From the NCBI RefSeq assembly GCF_006345805.1, contig NC_042997.1, forward strand, positions 174,964,001 through 175,028,000: DNA of 64,000 bases, read 5' to 3'. Made by a program: the position numbers and the translations under genes. Source of the DNA: Octopus sinensis (taxonomy: Eukaryota). A model generated the notes under the pieces. It was given only the letters and a program-made list of their open reading frames with translations. It ran no database searches and had not been told where the DNA came from. Each line of letters starts with the position of its first letter. Positions within the stretch are counted from its first letter, which is position 1. Of this stretch, positions 36,648 through 50,261 are shown piece by piece.

Positions 36648-36740
36648 CGGCTGATCTTACCAATCGGTTTCGCGTAAAGAATACAATAGAGTGTAGATAA
36701 CAAACTGATTATATAACTTTACGCTCATCAGAGTCAGCCG
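36648..36740 (-). ncRNA. Fully canonical type I hammerhead ribozyme
   Basis: CGGCTGACT-CTGATGA-GCGTAAAG(37 nt)CTTTACGC-GAA-ACC(GATT)GGT-A-AG(A)TCAGCCG; all core nucleotides are present; 8-bp stem II, 9-bp stem I. Confidence 0.88.
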
Positions 36741-37000
36741 ATATGGAAGGGAATACGGTGACTGCTCTCTATTGTTGGAGGTGGATTTGCACAACCGGTC
36801 GGCAGTTACTGTGAAAAGGTGATGGAACGAAAAGAGAGCCAGGAGATTAGTTTAAGAATTATGTCCATTGGTTGGGCATGCTGTGAAGCCGGCAAGAGTT
36901 ATCTTGAAGTGGGGAAAGTCTGTATTATTAATGTGGTGTTCCTGTGGGGTTGGTGTGTATGGTATGTGTAGTGGTGTCATATGTATCATTTTTCCGGACG
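36741..37000 (-). mobile_element. Probable PLE 3' region upstream of the hammerhead
   Basis: Position relative to the HHR, and the minus-strand reading HINNTDFPHFKITLAGF loosely resembles the end of PLE GIY-YIG domains. Confidence 0.35.
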
Positions 37001-37235
37001 TGTAGGTATATATAGCTGTGTTCGTTAGTCCGTTTTCTTTCAGTAAAGGATAAAGTCGTGGGGTGGAATTATGTTAGTGTGCGGTGTGTAATGTGTGTGT
37101 GGGGGGTACTTGTGTATATGTGGGGGTACAATTCGTGTGAAGGTGTATGTGTTGGAGACAGATTAATTTGTAGGGTGTCCGCCTTATATGTATGTATACG
37201 TATATGACAAATCTAACTGTGTTTATCAGCGTTAC

Positions 37236-37340
<105 letters not shown>

Positions 37341-38023
37341 TGGCCGACATTCTTTATTTGAAATCTCTACAATTGTTTCGACACATAAGTTGACAAAGTT
37401 TATCAACGATAAACTTTGTCCATAGTTTTACTCCATAAAACTTTCCCTACTAAAACTCTACGAACTGCATCTGACATTTTGATTCACCGTTTTTCTTTTC
37501 TGTTTTTTTTTTTTCTTTTTTTTTTAGTCAGAGATATATTTCTCGTTTACTAAATAGTAAAGAAACCGGAAAAACTAAATCTGGTTTTCTGGAATGAGTC
37601 ATTGCAGACTTTGAAAGGTTTTTTATACTATATTTATTAATATATTCTTTTTGCCTCACAATTTATATATCTATATATTTGGCATCAAAGAAATGGAAAA
37701 TATTAACATGAATGAGTTTGTTGAAAGGATGCTCGAAAATAAATATAAAGACTAAGATTGCATGAAAACACGAATTGGACACCGTCGGCAGGCGCTTAAA
37801 TCAACGAAGGTTTTAGAAAGTTAGAGGTGTTGTTGTCTTGTCATCGTCGTCGTTGTCGTCGTTGTTTTGTCCCAAGGTGGCCTTGGTCGAACAACAAAAC
37901 TTTGCGAAAAAGCATACCAGTCATAATCATCTCGTAATTTAGTTTTTCATCCATAACGTACACCAGACTACATTATCCAATGTGTGTCCTTTTTCTAAGA
38001 CAATTGGCTCGCGGGCGCAATTG

Positions 38024-38348
38024 AGATAACAGCCCAATGAACATCTCTAAGATCACTGGACCAGTTTCGCCTTTCAGTCGCAAACTCGTCAGTATTGATT
38101 GCTCAAACGCTCGATGGTTTGGTTAAATTCGGCTGTCAGTATATATATTTTTACCAAGAAAATTGATGGCCAAACGATTGGGCGTTTGAGTAATCACTAC
38201 TAATGAGACTACGACTGATAAGCGAAATTAGTCTAGTCTAGTGATCCTATAGACGCTCATGAGGCGGTTATCTTCCCTGTCAGCGCATATATATATTACA
38301 ACATTAAGAACTTTTAACTCTTATATCTTGCAATATAGGTTTCCCATT
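38024..38348 (-). mobile_element. Inverted near-identical copy of 36025-36349 flanked by a 22-bp direct repeat
   Basis: AATTGGCTCGCGGGCGCAATTG at 38002-38023 and 38349-38370. Confidence 0.9.
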
Positions 38349-39007
38349 AATTGGCTCGCGGGCGCAATTGTACCCGCGGGCAAGGTTTTCCCCACCCCTG
38401 CTTTGCAGAATGAATAGGAAAATAACTCGTTTGACACACATGTGATCCCAGGTTCCAGGTTCGGTCCCATTACTCTGTACCTTAGGTGTCTGGTTTCCAC
38501 CAAAGCTGCTAATCAACAAAAGCTTTATCAGTGGAAATTGGGTACGCAGAGTGGATTGTGCCTGTTCTTAGACGGTATGCTTAATCCAGCTAGATTTTTA
38601 GTAGCAAGACCTGGACTTCTTTGAGATTTTGCGTGTCTTTAGTGGGGTTCATTCTTTTGTAAAGTATTTCAATCAAATTTTGGTCTGGTATTAACTCGAT
38701 AGTTAGGTTATGCTGGTTGCTGCTGCAATAACCGACCAGATGTGATTTCTGAAAACAAAAATACCTCAAGGGAGCTATACTTGTTACTAAACAAGGAGCT
38801 CTTAACTGGGATGAGGGACTCGTTTTCAGATATCGCTATATGTGTATGCATACTACACAAATACACACACACATATACACACACACACACAGCGCGCACA
38901 CACACACACGCACATTATCTTTATCTTTTACTTGTTTTAATCATTAGACTGCAGCCATGCTTTGAAGAATTTTCAGTCGAACGAGTTGACACCAGTACTT
39001 TTTGTAA

Positions 39008-39056
<49 letters not shown>

Positions 39057-39267
39057 CGAAACACGCATTATTGAGTCGAACCAGGGGCAGCTGATGAAGG
39101 GGAATTTTCCATGTATTGTTTGTCCTGTACTCTGTTTCTCTCTTTCTTCGTTGTTAAAAAGTCCGTTTCCTTGTTTGATTTTATGTTTTCGTTTCTCGTT
39201 GTGTTCTACGTTTATTTGTGGTGTCCTGTACTCAATATATATATATATAATATATATATATATATAT

Positions 39268-39299
<32 letters not shown>

Positions 39300-39477
39300 A
39301 TATATAATGCATGTATATATACATATAGATGTAAGTATGTACATATATGTATGTATATATGCATATGTTTTATTTATTTATTATATTGTTATTATATGAC
39401 CGAACGCACGCGTTGTTTCTCTTCTCCAAGTAAGTTTTATATATATAGATATATATATATTATATATAATATATATA

Positions 39478-39523
<46 letters not shown>

Positions 39524-39907
39524 GGTTTCATTCAGTTTCCGTCTGCCAAATCTACTCACAAGGTTTTGATCTACCCGAGGCTATAGCAGAAGACACTTGT
39601 CTAAAGTGCCACTCAGTGGGACTAAACCCGGAACCATGTGGTTGGGAAAAAACTTCTTACTAACAACTACGTCTGTGCCTACACACACACACTACACATA
39701 CACACACACATAATATACATGCATATATATATATGCGCACAAACACACACATGTATATGTATGTATATGTATATATGCATATGCGTGTGTGTAAAATAAA
39801 ACCAAAGCAAGCTAGTGACAACATGACAAGCAAAAAATTCTCCACAAAAGAATTTTAGATATTAAATCTATTTACGTTAGGATCTCTCATATGTAATATA
39901 GTGAGCT

Positions 39908-41480
39908 GAAATACTTCAAGCACCTGAAATTATCCGAGTAATTAATTGATAAAGTCTCCCTCTTAGGGGAGTTTAAAGCCCTGAAAAACAAGAAGCAGGG
40001 GGGATGACTCCAAACCTCTTTTAAAATTATATTTCTTTACTACCCACAAGGGGCTAAACACAGAGGGGACAAACAAGGATAGACAAACGGGTTAAGTCGA
40101 TTACATCGACCCCAGTGCGTAACTGGTACTTAATTTATCGACCCCGAAAGGATGAAAGGCAAAGTTGACCTCGGCGGAATTTGAACCCAGAACGCAACGG
40201 CAGACGAAATACGGCTACGCATTTCGCCCGGCGTGCTAACGTTTCTGCCAGCTCTAGTGGCTTTTAACAGACCGGGTCATGATTAAAATCTAACAAGTAT
40301 GCCAAAGTGTGTATAGGATCTTGTTGGTTAATCATTCAGGTGAGGGCCTGGAATCGAAATACTTCGAGCACCTGAAATTATCCGAGGAATTAATTGATAA
40401 AGTCTCCTTCTTAGGGGAGTTTAAAGCCCTGAAAAACAAGAAGCAGGGGGGATGACTCCAAACCTCTTTTAAAATTATATTTCTTTACTACCCACAAGGG
40501 TCTAAACACAGAGGGGACAAACAAGGATAGACAAACGGATTAAGTCGATTACATCGACCCCAGTGCGTAACTGGTACTTAATTTATCGACCCCGAAAGGA
40601 TGAAAGGCAAAGTTGACCTCGGCGGAATTTGAACCCAGAACGCAACGGCTGACGAAATACGGCTACGCGCATTTCGCCCGGCGTGCTAACGTTTCTGCCA
40701 GCTCTATAGTGGCTTTTAAACAGACCGGGTCATGATTAAAATCTAACAAGTATGCCAAAGTGTGTATAGGATCTTGTTGTTAATCATTCAGGTGAGGGCC
40801 TGGAATCGAAATACTTCGAGCACCTGAAATTATCCGAGGAATTAATTGATAAAGTCTCCTTCTTAGGGGAGTTTAAAGCCCTGAAAAACAAGAAGCAGGG
40901 GGGATGACTCCAAACCTCTTTTAAAATTATATTTCTTTACTACCCACAAGGGTCTAAACACAGAGGGGACAAACAAGGATAGACAAACGGATTAAGTCGA
41001 TTACATCGACCCCAGTGCGTAACTGGTACTTAATTTATCGACCCCGAAAGGATGAAAGGCAAAGTTGACCTCGGCGGAATTTGAACCCAGAACGCAACGG
41101 CTGACGAAATACGGCTACGCATTTCGCCCGGCGTGCTAACGTTTCTGCCAGCTCTAGTGGCTTTTAACAGACCGGGTCATGATTAAAATCTAACAAGTAT
41201 GCCAAAGTGTGTATAGGATCTTGTTGGTTAATCATTCAGGTGAGGGCCTGGAATCGAAATACTTCGAGCACCTGAAATTATCCGAGGAATTAATTGATAA
41301 AGTCTCCCTCTTAGGGGAGTTTAAAGCCCTGAAAAACAAGAAGCAAGGAGGGTAACTCCAAACCTCTTTTAAAGACAGCAGCTTTTCACAAACCGGGTCA
41401 TGATTAAAATCTTACAAGCCTATCGAAGTGTGTATAGGATCTTGTTGGGTAACCATTTAGGTGAGGGCCTGGAATTCTAA
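39908..41480. repeat. ~450-bp tandem repeat x3, each with a family A SINE, plus one SINE-free unit
   Basis: GAAATACTTC starts at 39908, 40356, 40808 and 41256. Confidence 0.95.
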
Positions 41481-42038
41481 AAATATTTTTTTCTAAAACT
41501 CTCGACTAAACTTTTAAATAAAACAATAAAAAAGTTGCTTTATTTTTTTATGTTCTTTTTTTTCGGTAATTTTTTTCTGGCACATTAATAGTAGCCTCCC
41601 CTAGATCTATAAGCTTTTTTGTTAATTTTGTTTTTTGTTGTTGTTTTAATTTTCTCGCAGCCGAAAGTATTAATCAACCTAAATTAAACGAAAGAACTAT
41701 AGGTCAAAGTCTACATACTGGTGTTTTTCATATGACAGGGGGTCACTATGGAAGGGAAGGAGTGTCTATGAAAATCGAAAGGGGATTTTTAATAAGAAAT
41801 TTATCCAACTCTATAGTGAGAAAGCCAAATTATATCAATGCAGTCATTTTATTAATGGGTGTAAAATATTTCACTAGTTCTGAAAAGTATCTTTAGTTTT
41901 TGTTTTGTTTTGTTTGTTTTTGTTTTTGTTTATCCTTTGTTTTAGTTTCTGGTATTCGTCCGTTTCAAAGTCACTTCTATCTGTTTTATTTTTTGTACCC
42001 ACCATATTTGCATAATGTTAATAATTTGTTCTGTGTAA

Positions 42039-42655
42039 GGCGGCGAGCTGGCAGAAACGTTAGCACGCCGGGCGAAATGCTTAGCGGTGTTTCGTCTGCC
42101 GCTACGCTCCGAGTTCAAATTCCGCCGAGGTCAACTTTGCCTTTCATCCTTTCGGGGTCGATAAATTAAGTACCAGTTACGCACTGGGGTCAATGTATTC
42201 GACTTAATCCGTTTGTCTGTCCTTGTTTGTCCCCTCTGTGTTTAGCCCCTTGTGAGTAGTAAAGAAATAGGTATTTCGTCTGTCTTTACGTTCTGAGTTC
42301 AAATTCCGCCGAGGTTTACTTTGCCTTTCATCCTTTCGAGGTCGATTAAATAAGTACCAGTTACGTACTGGGGTAGATATAATCGACTTAATCTGTTTGT
42401 CTGTCCTTCTTTGTCTCCTCTGTGTGTAGCCCCTTGAGGACAGTAAAGAAATAAGAAACGTTAATACGCCGGGCGAAATGCTTAGCGGTATTTCGTCTGC
42501 CGTTACATTCTGAGTTCAAATTCCGCCGAGGTCGACTTTGCCTTTCATCCTTTCGGAGTCGATAAATTAAGTACCAGTAGCATACTGGGTTCAATCTAAC
42601 GACTGGCCCCCTCCCCAAAAGTTTCGGTCTTTGTGCCTAAAATAGAAAAGAATAA
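42039..42655 (+). mobile_element. Three head-to-tail family A SINE bodies
   Basis: Full head at 42039 and repeated GAGTTCAAATTCCGCCGAGG bodies. Confidence 0.9.
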
Positions 42656-42761
42656 TTTGTTTTGTGTAGTTGTTTAGGCACAGATTCAGCACGTAATCAT
42701 CATGTGGTGTGTGTGGTGTGTGTGTGTTGTGGTGTGTGTGTGTATGTGTGTGTGGTGTGTG

Positions 42762-42796
<35 letters not shown>

Positions 42797-44322
42797 TGTG
42801 ACATACATACCTATGAAGAAGCAATAACTTAGCGATTCGGCAAAACAGACCGATGGAATAAGTACTGGACTTTAAGAAAAGCAATTACTAGGGTCGATTC
42901 ATTCGACAAAAATTCAAGGCTATGCCCCCAGCATGGCCGCAGCCTAAAGACAGAAACAAATAAAAGATGTGTGTGTGTGTGTGCGTGTGTGCATTTGTAT
43001 CTATGTTTATGTAGGTGTCTGTGTGCGTCCGTACACCTGTATGTATTTATGTTTTAGTATCTGTGTGTGAACGTGTGTTGATTATAAATATAGGTTGTAT
43101 AAAGCAAGAAGGACAACATCAAGAGCCTCGAAATTGGGATTTAATATAGTTTTAATACTCAACTTCCATGTAGTTATTTTTACTATTTTTAACGAGGCTA
43201 AGCGACTTCAAAATATATTTGGTTTACTTAATAACGACCCGTCAAAAGCACACTAACACAAATTAAGCAATCCGCCGCGTTAGTAATTTAGTAGCTTATT
43301 ACTGTATACAGCAGTCGATTAAAGAGTAATAGTGTGCTGTCGATTATAGGGAAACATTGGGAACGCGTTCTCTGAGGAACGATCAACAAATCGTGAAACA
43401 GTCCTACAGGAAACTACTCTTTTTTCTGCACATCGAAAGCAACTGAGGAATGTGCTTACATATTTATATAGTAATTTATCGCAGCTAATGGTTTTGTAAA
43501 TATTTAAATTTACTCTCACTACTTCTGATTCACACTATGCTGTGAATAAATTATTTATTACTCACACACACACACCACACACACACACACACACGAATGT
43601 ACACATAAATTCTTTCTTGGTCGCTAAAGTTTAAGCAAACATTTTATGTGTTCTTTATATTTTCTCAGACTTAAATATATATATACTTTAGCTTTATGGG
43701 TTTTTTTCTCTTCTACATCATATCCTTCCCCAACAAAGTCCTCTGGCGGTTGTTAGCACTATTTGGTTATTGGTACACTACGAAGGTGTCGAAAATGCGA
43801 ACGTCCCAAGTTAGAGAGCTGATTAGGGGTATTATTTATTCCTTCGTCTTCATACGTTCTCGTCTTTTGGGTCTAATTTTTTTTATTCATGATAGTGAGG
43901 CACACAGTTTGGTTTTCTTACATATCATACTATACTCTCTCGTTCACTACCTCTCTCTCACTCACTCTCACTCTCTCTCTCTCCCTTTCTCTCTCCTTCT
44001 CTCTATTCTATTGCCTCGCTTCTTCTCCCCCTCTGTCTCTTTTTACTCTGACACTTTTCGTTCCTACCATACAACTCTTGCCTACTTCTGTTAAGGTGTT
44101 TCTTTCTCCCCTTACTTTGCCCAGCAAACACACTAATTTCTCGTCTCTCCGCTATTTTTTTCATTTGCTCAAAATCTATCATTCGATTAGGTCTGACATG
44201 AGCCCTTAGACTTATAAGGTCAGAGCTTTAACCCACTCTCCATGGTGTATATGTAACTGAGATTACAACAATTCATGGACGAGACGCCAGTCAATCGCAG
44301 TCATTCGATTGCACACACACAC

Positions 44323-44391
<69 letters not shown>

Positions 44392-44543
44392 CACACACAC
44401 ATCCTTTAAATTTGTTTATGGTAACGTTTTGAATATGCAAATAAAGCTCCTATCCCATCATGCCGGCCACTGTCTAATGATGCTGACTAGTGAGCCTGGT
44501 TTTTCGGGGTTGCATCAAGTTATACCGACATAATGTAGGATAA

Positions 44544-44601
<58 letters not shown>

Positions 44602-44904
44602 CCTTAGATGGAATTTATAAACGTTTAATGCATTGCTACGCACGTTTCCGCAAATCACATGACTTTTAAGATCCCAGTCCCTATTCCTGTGATCATTGCA
44701 GTGTAATCTGTTGTATCTTTGGGCATCCCGTTGATCATCATCATTGATTCATTTCTTCAGGCGATATAACATTTGTGGATTAACCACAAGAGAGAATTTT
44801 TTTCGCTTTTTACCAGTCTGAAGTTCAAGTGAGATATATAGGTATTTCTATGTGTGTATTTAGAGAGGAGGAGTGGAAGGTAATGGGAAGAGTGGAAGGA
44901 ACGG

Positions 44905-45064
44905 TAGTCAGGAGTGGTTGTGTGGTAAGTAGCTTGCTTACGAACCACATGGTTCCGGGTTCAGTCCCACTGCGTGGCACTTTGAGCAAGTATCTTCTAC
45001 TATAGCCTCGGGCCTATTAAAGCCTTGTGAGTGGATTTGGTAGACAGAAACTGAAAGAAGCCTG

Positions 45065-45137
<73 letters not shown>

Positions 45138-45310
45138 ACAACCGATGCTGGTGTGTTTACGTCCCCGTAACTTAGCGGCTCGGCAAAACAGACCGATAGA
45201 ATAAGTACTAGGCTTACAAAGAATAAGTCCTGGGGGTCGATTTGGTCGACTAAAGGTGGTGCTCCAGCATGGCCACAGTCAAATGACTGAAACAAGTAAA
45301 AAAAAGAGAG
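44905..45310 (+). mobile_element. Family B SINE, CpG largely intact
   Basis: Complete head, internal (TG)n tract and tail. Confidence 0.9.
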
Positions 45311-45729
45311 TAAATATGGGGATGGAAGTGTGTATGGTGACGTTGGATTTCTTTTGCTATTCATTCAGCAGATGTTAAGGCTGGGTAGTACATTCGTTTG
45401 TTTGGTTTCATTTAAGCCATGACTATCTTCAATGAATTCTGAACTCAACAGGTGGTCAAGAACTGTTGCCATACAGTGGGGTCTGTTGACTGAATTGATA
45501 AATGGTATTTTCTTATGGTGACCTCTTCATTGTTTCTGTTGATGTAATGTTTAGCATCACAAATATTGGTTGTTTCGTTTATTTGTTTATTTGGAACTTT
45601 TTTTTTCCTCTCCCTCGCGTGAATTATTATGGGGTGTACATGGATCTCATTGTGAAATTTGATAAAGACACGTTCAGAAATTGTGATGTCATTTTAAGAA
45701 AAGCAAACAGATATCAACGCTTACTGATT

Positions 45730-45730
45730 G

Positions 45731-45761
<31 letters not shown>

Positions 45762-46210
45762 TGTATGTATGTATGTATGTATGTATGTATGTATGTATGC
45801 ATGCATGCATGTATGTATTATGTATGCATGCATGTAAATATGTATGCATGTAAATATGTATGCAAGTATATATGTATATATGCATGCATGTATGTTTGTA
45901 AGAATATATGTATGTATGCATGAATGTATGTATGTATATATGTATGTATGCATGAATGTATGTATGTATATATGTATGTATGCATGAATGTGTGTATGTA
46001 TGTATGTATGCATGAATGTATGTGTGTATGTATGTGTGTATTCATATATATGTATGTATGTATGTGTGTGTATGTACGCATGAATGTATGTATGTGTGTA
46101 TGTGTGTATTCCTATGTATGTATGTATGTATGTATGTATGTATGTATGTATGTATGTGTATGAATGTAAGTGTGCGTGTATATATGTATGTATGTGTGTA
46201 TGCATGTATG
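45730..46210. repeat. (TATG)n degenerate array
   Basis: Directly visible. Confidence 0.95.
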
Positions 46211-46222
46211 TATACGCACATT

Positions 46223-47033
46223 CAGAGTGTTCGGGCTAAATTTGACGATTTTTTTATATCTCCCTTTTTACAGGAACAACTTGATGTACTGATGTACAAT
46301 CACCGGCGTTGGAGAGTATAAGCAATAAGTTTATAGTAGATAAAAAGGTAGCTTAGATGGAGGACTAGAAGTCATCTGAATATTGGAGCAGAATATTGGA
46401 ACAGAGTCATGATAATTCGTGCACGGTATCGAAATGCCGACATCGTAACTGTTGTTCAATGCCCTGAAAACACTATAAAGGCTTTAAGACGCAACATGGA
46501 CATCAGGAAAACCAAGTTTCCCCAAACTGTGATGGTCTTTGGATGTATCTCCAGTGAAATTGCTCGAGGTTGTGGTCAATCCTTGGCTGGAGACGATTTC
46601 CTGCTGGAAGGCAAGGATTCAGCTCTTTGCCATACCTCCGGAGAGAGTCAGAAATGGTTGTTGAAGAATTTCTACAAGTTTACCAGTTTCAAATTTCTGG
46701 CCTCTTAATTCCCCACCACCCACGATTGTAATCCCATGGATTACTATGTGTGGGACACAGTAGAGAAAGATACCAACCGCTTTTCCAGCAACACCAAGAC
46801 CGAGCTGGTAGTCCAGATCAAGAAGGCAGCCGTAGACCTTCTCAGGGACACTGAGGAACGCATGCGCCAGATTCCAGAGCTGTCTTGTGACAGTGGTGGA
46901 AGCTGAGGGCGGCTACCATGAGTAAACTGTTATTTCCAGCCATAATTCAATCATTTTTTTTAATACTTTTGGATGGGATGTCGTGTTTCCTTTCCTTTTT
47001 ATACAAACTGTCATATTTAGTCTGAAAACCTTG
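46223..47033 (+). mobile_element. Degenerate Tc1/mariner-superfamily element (maT/DD37D-like), internally deleted
   Basis: KTKFPQTVMVFGCISSE and WPLNSP..DCNPMDYYVWDTVEKDTN-like segments; 24-bp TIRs matching at 18/24 (46223-46246, 47010-47033). Confidence 0.75.
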
Positions 47034-47056
47034 TACATATATTTTAACACACACAG

Positions 47057-47089
<33 letters not shown>

Positions 47090-47216
47090 TACATACATAC
47101 ATACATACATACATACATACATACATACATTACACATACATACATTACACATATATACATGCATGTCTCCCCTTCTCCCTAGCCCCCCTGTGTGATCCTT
47201 CTCTCCGGCATTCGCC

Positions 47217-47423
47217 ATGATAGATCGCTAGCCACTACGCATTCATTATTTTCTCTCCTTGTTATATCTGTGTTCCTTTCTGGTGAAGTGCGTAGGCTCG
47301 AAACGTTAAAGACATTTTTTACTTCCCGAGCGTTAAACTAAAACATCTGTTTGTTGTCTACACCACCTGTCTTCGTCATTTGTTTTTTTTTGTTTTTTTT
47401 TGTTTTTTTTTGTGAATTCTCCC
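47217..47423 (+). mobile_element. TA/simple-repeat-embedded element with variant hammerhead motif (copy 3)
   Basis: CTTT-CTGGTGA (47280-86)-A-GTGC(GTAG)GCTC-GAAACGT-T-AAAG. Confidence 0.72.
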
Positions 47424-47534
<111 letters not shown>

Positions 47535-48239
47535 ATAGATAGACAAACATGTGGTTAAGAAGTTCCCTTTGCGAACACCTAGTTCAGAGCTCAGACTCAT
47601 TGCGCGGTACCTTGTGTAAGTTTCTTCTTCTATAGCTCCGAGCCAACTAATGCCTTTTGACTGAATTTGGTAGACGGAAACTGTGTGGAAGCCCGACTCT
47701 GTGGTGTGTGTGCGCGCGCGTGTATGTTTGTATATATGAGCACGCGCTATATAAGATGTTTGTAGGATGGAGTATAGGCAAAGTAAATGATGGAGTGCAA
47801 GCACGTTTCTAAGTTTATTGATTCTAGAGGAATGTAAGGCAAAGTCGGTTGCATGAAATTGAACTCCAAATATATAGAGATGAAATTAAATGTAATGAGC
47901 GTATCCAGTTAAAAGCTATAAATTTTGCAAGCAGCAAAGTACTTTTAATTCAATTTTTTTTAAGTGGCTTTCTTTGAATAGTTACAAACTTCTCTTAGAA
48001 AGTGTGACGATGTTATAATTAATTAAAATGAATATCGAAATATAACTCGTATTGTAAAAAAAAAAAAAAGAATGAAAATAAAAAAAAAAAAAAGATAAAG
48101 TAGTTAGCAAGAATACCAATTGCGAAACTAAAAGTTCTAGAATTTTAATGTGGCACTTCACGTTAATTTTTTTTAGCACTTCGTCGTTCTTTCTACGATA
48201 ATAATGATTAAATGACACAGTTTAAAGGAATAATTACAT

Positions 48240-49200
48240 CAGGGTAAACATAAAATTCGACACCGCCTCCATCACTCTCTACACTTTCTTCCTTGCAATA
48301 AATGGCGTCGTTTTATCACATTAGATATAATGCTACTATATAAACCTGGTAACGTATTCCTTATTGCTTTGTTACTATTAGTTCCCCTTTAACATCGTTG
48401 TTTCCCCTTCATCTGTAATGTATATTTTCTTCCTTCCTTTTGCAGTCGTAGATTTTTTTTTTCTTTCTGTCTAAATGCTTTTCCCCTTCTCTTTGTGGTT
48501 ATTTATTTAGCTGCCGAATTATTTTTTATTATTGCAGCGTTGTTCTTGTTTTGATACATTTTTCTGTTCGTTTTAGTTCTTTAGATAATATATAATTAAT
48601 ACTTTAGATGTTATTTTAAAAATACATGCTTTTATAAAAAAATTATTTGTATGCATATGTTACTACAATAATCTATTTAGGTAATAGAGTTCTGCAATAT
48701 ATCATTTATCATACTAAATCATTTCCTTCTGATGAAAGAAATAACACCCTTAACCAACCTTATCGTTATTAAAATAAAGAAATAATAATTAGTCATTGTT
48801 ATTTTTAATAAGAAATTATTATAAGTAAAACTATAATCTAAAACCGTGTGCTGCGTCGAGTCTTATGGTGCAAAAACATTGAAATACATGTATGAAATTA
48901 TTGTAATGTTTAAACTAAAGAAAAATTGTGCCGGGTTTATTGAGTCTGCTACATTTTGTCATCTCTTCTCTCGCACTCGCTCTCTTGTATTTAATCAAAT
49001 TGGGTTATTTACATATATATATATTTTAAATGCTTTAAAATGTATTTCTAACTATCATTGTGTGTGACAACGCGATCGAGTTTCGAATAACCATAAAGAA
49101 CCGTTCGATTACACATCGTTAATTTGAAAAACGCATATGCATCACAGCACTTCCGTGGACTAAAAATCTACGATGTACGTCCCTTCTTAATGTGGTTCTA
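48240..49200 (+). promoter_or_regulatory. Candidate CpG-retaining promoter / first non-coding exon of the ZNF gene
   Basis: Repeat-free and CpG-containing; YY1-like AAATGGCG at 48300-48307, splice-donor-like CTG|GTAACG at 48348/49, ETS-like CACTTCCG at 49148-55; CpG-eroded repeats begin downstream. Confidence 0.45.
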
Positions 49201-50007
49201 GCTTTTTGGTAGTAAGACCCGGTTTCAAACTAGTGTTGATGAAACCACTTCACTCTCGTAATGCTTCTAGTTAATGCTATTATCTCCCCTCTACCACCTT
49301 GGAATCTAAGATCATTTCTCTATGTAAGACTATACTATTAATAACATTCACTTACGTCCTTCCCCTCGACATTACTCGTTAAAATCCCTGAGATGTAGAC
49401 TCCACTTTTCATCCTTCCACAATTTATTCAATCGGTTTTATCCCCACCATTAGCAATTTGTGTCCCTATGCCGTTGTAAAAAAAAAAAAAAATAATATCA
49501 TTGTGGTTGCATTTTAATATAGGTGCCACGATATGACCATATGGCTCCACTCTTTATGGGATGGTGATATAATCTGTTTTCTTGGCTTAGTACAACCATC
49601 TGACCCTTGGGTTCCTTTGACAAAATCTATTTGATTGCAAGCATTCAGATCAGGTATCCTCTGTCTAAGGATAACTTGATGCCTGGATGATGCACTGCTT
49701 CCTATTGTACCTTCCCTTTATAATATCCCTGTTTGCTGTTGAAGTTGCTAAAAGTTGTTCTGTAGCAGGCAACTGGGGCCCTAACCTGATGAGCAACGCT
49801 TTGAAATGGCTGCTCTGTTTGCTAGCCAACCCATGCCAGCATGGAAAACGGACATTAAATTATGGTATCTGGTTGTCAGAGCCTGTTCTTGTGGTGTTAC
49901 AATTATCTTCAGGTCTTCCCTTCTAATCAAAGCTACTGACTTACCATTTTATTGTTGTCTTGTGGTAAATTGTCCCAGAAACTGGTTATACACAGGATTA
50001 TCAGCAG

Positions 50008-50042
<35 letters not shown>

Positions 50043-50261
50043 TTTTTATTATTTTACTGGTTTCAGGCACAGATAGTGCAATGTGGTTAAGAAGTTTGCT
50101 TCTAAACTTTGTGTTTTGGGGTTCAATCACAGGGCATGATACCTAAGACAAGGTAATGTTTTCACAGAAGACTGGAAATGAAAGACACTGCTTGCATGAC
50201 AGTAGCACTTGTTTACAACTATCACACAGTATCAAGGCAAGGAGACACTATCACACATATC

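Noticed and set aside
39085-39425. CTGATGAAGGGG and distant CCGAACGCACGCGTT in a TA-embedded element
   Set aside because: Probably a decayed PLE hammerhead, but GAAA and stem I cannot be built, so it is not counted.
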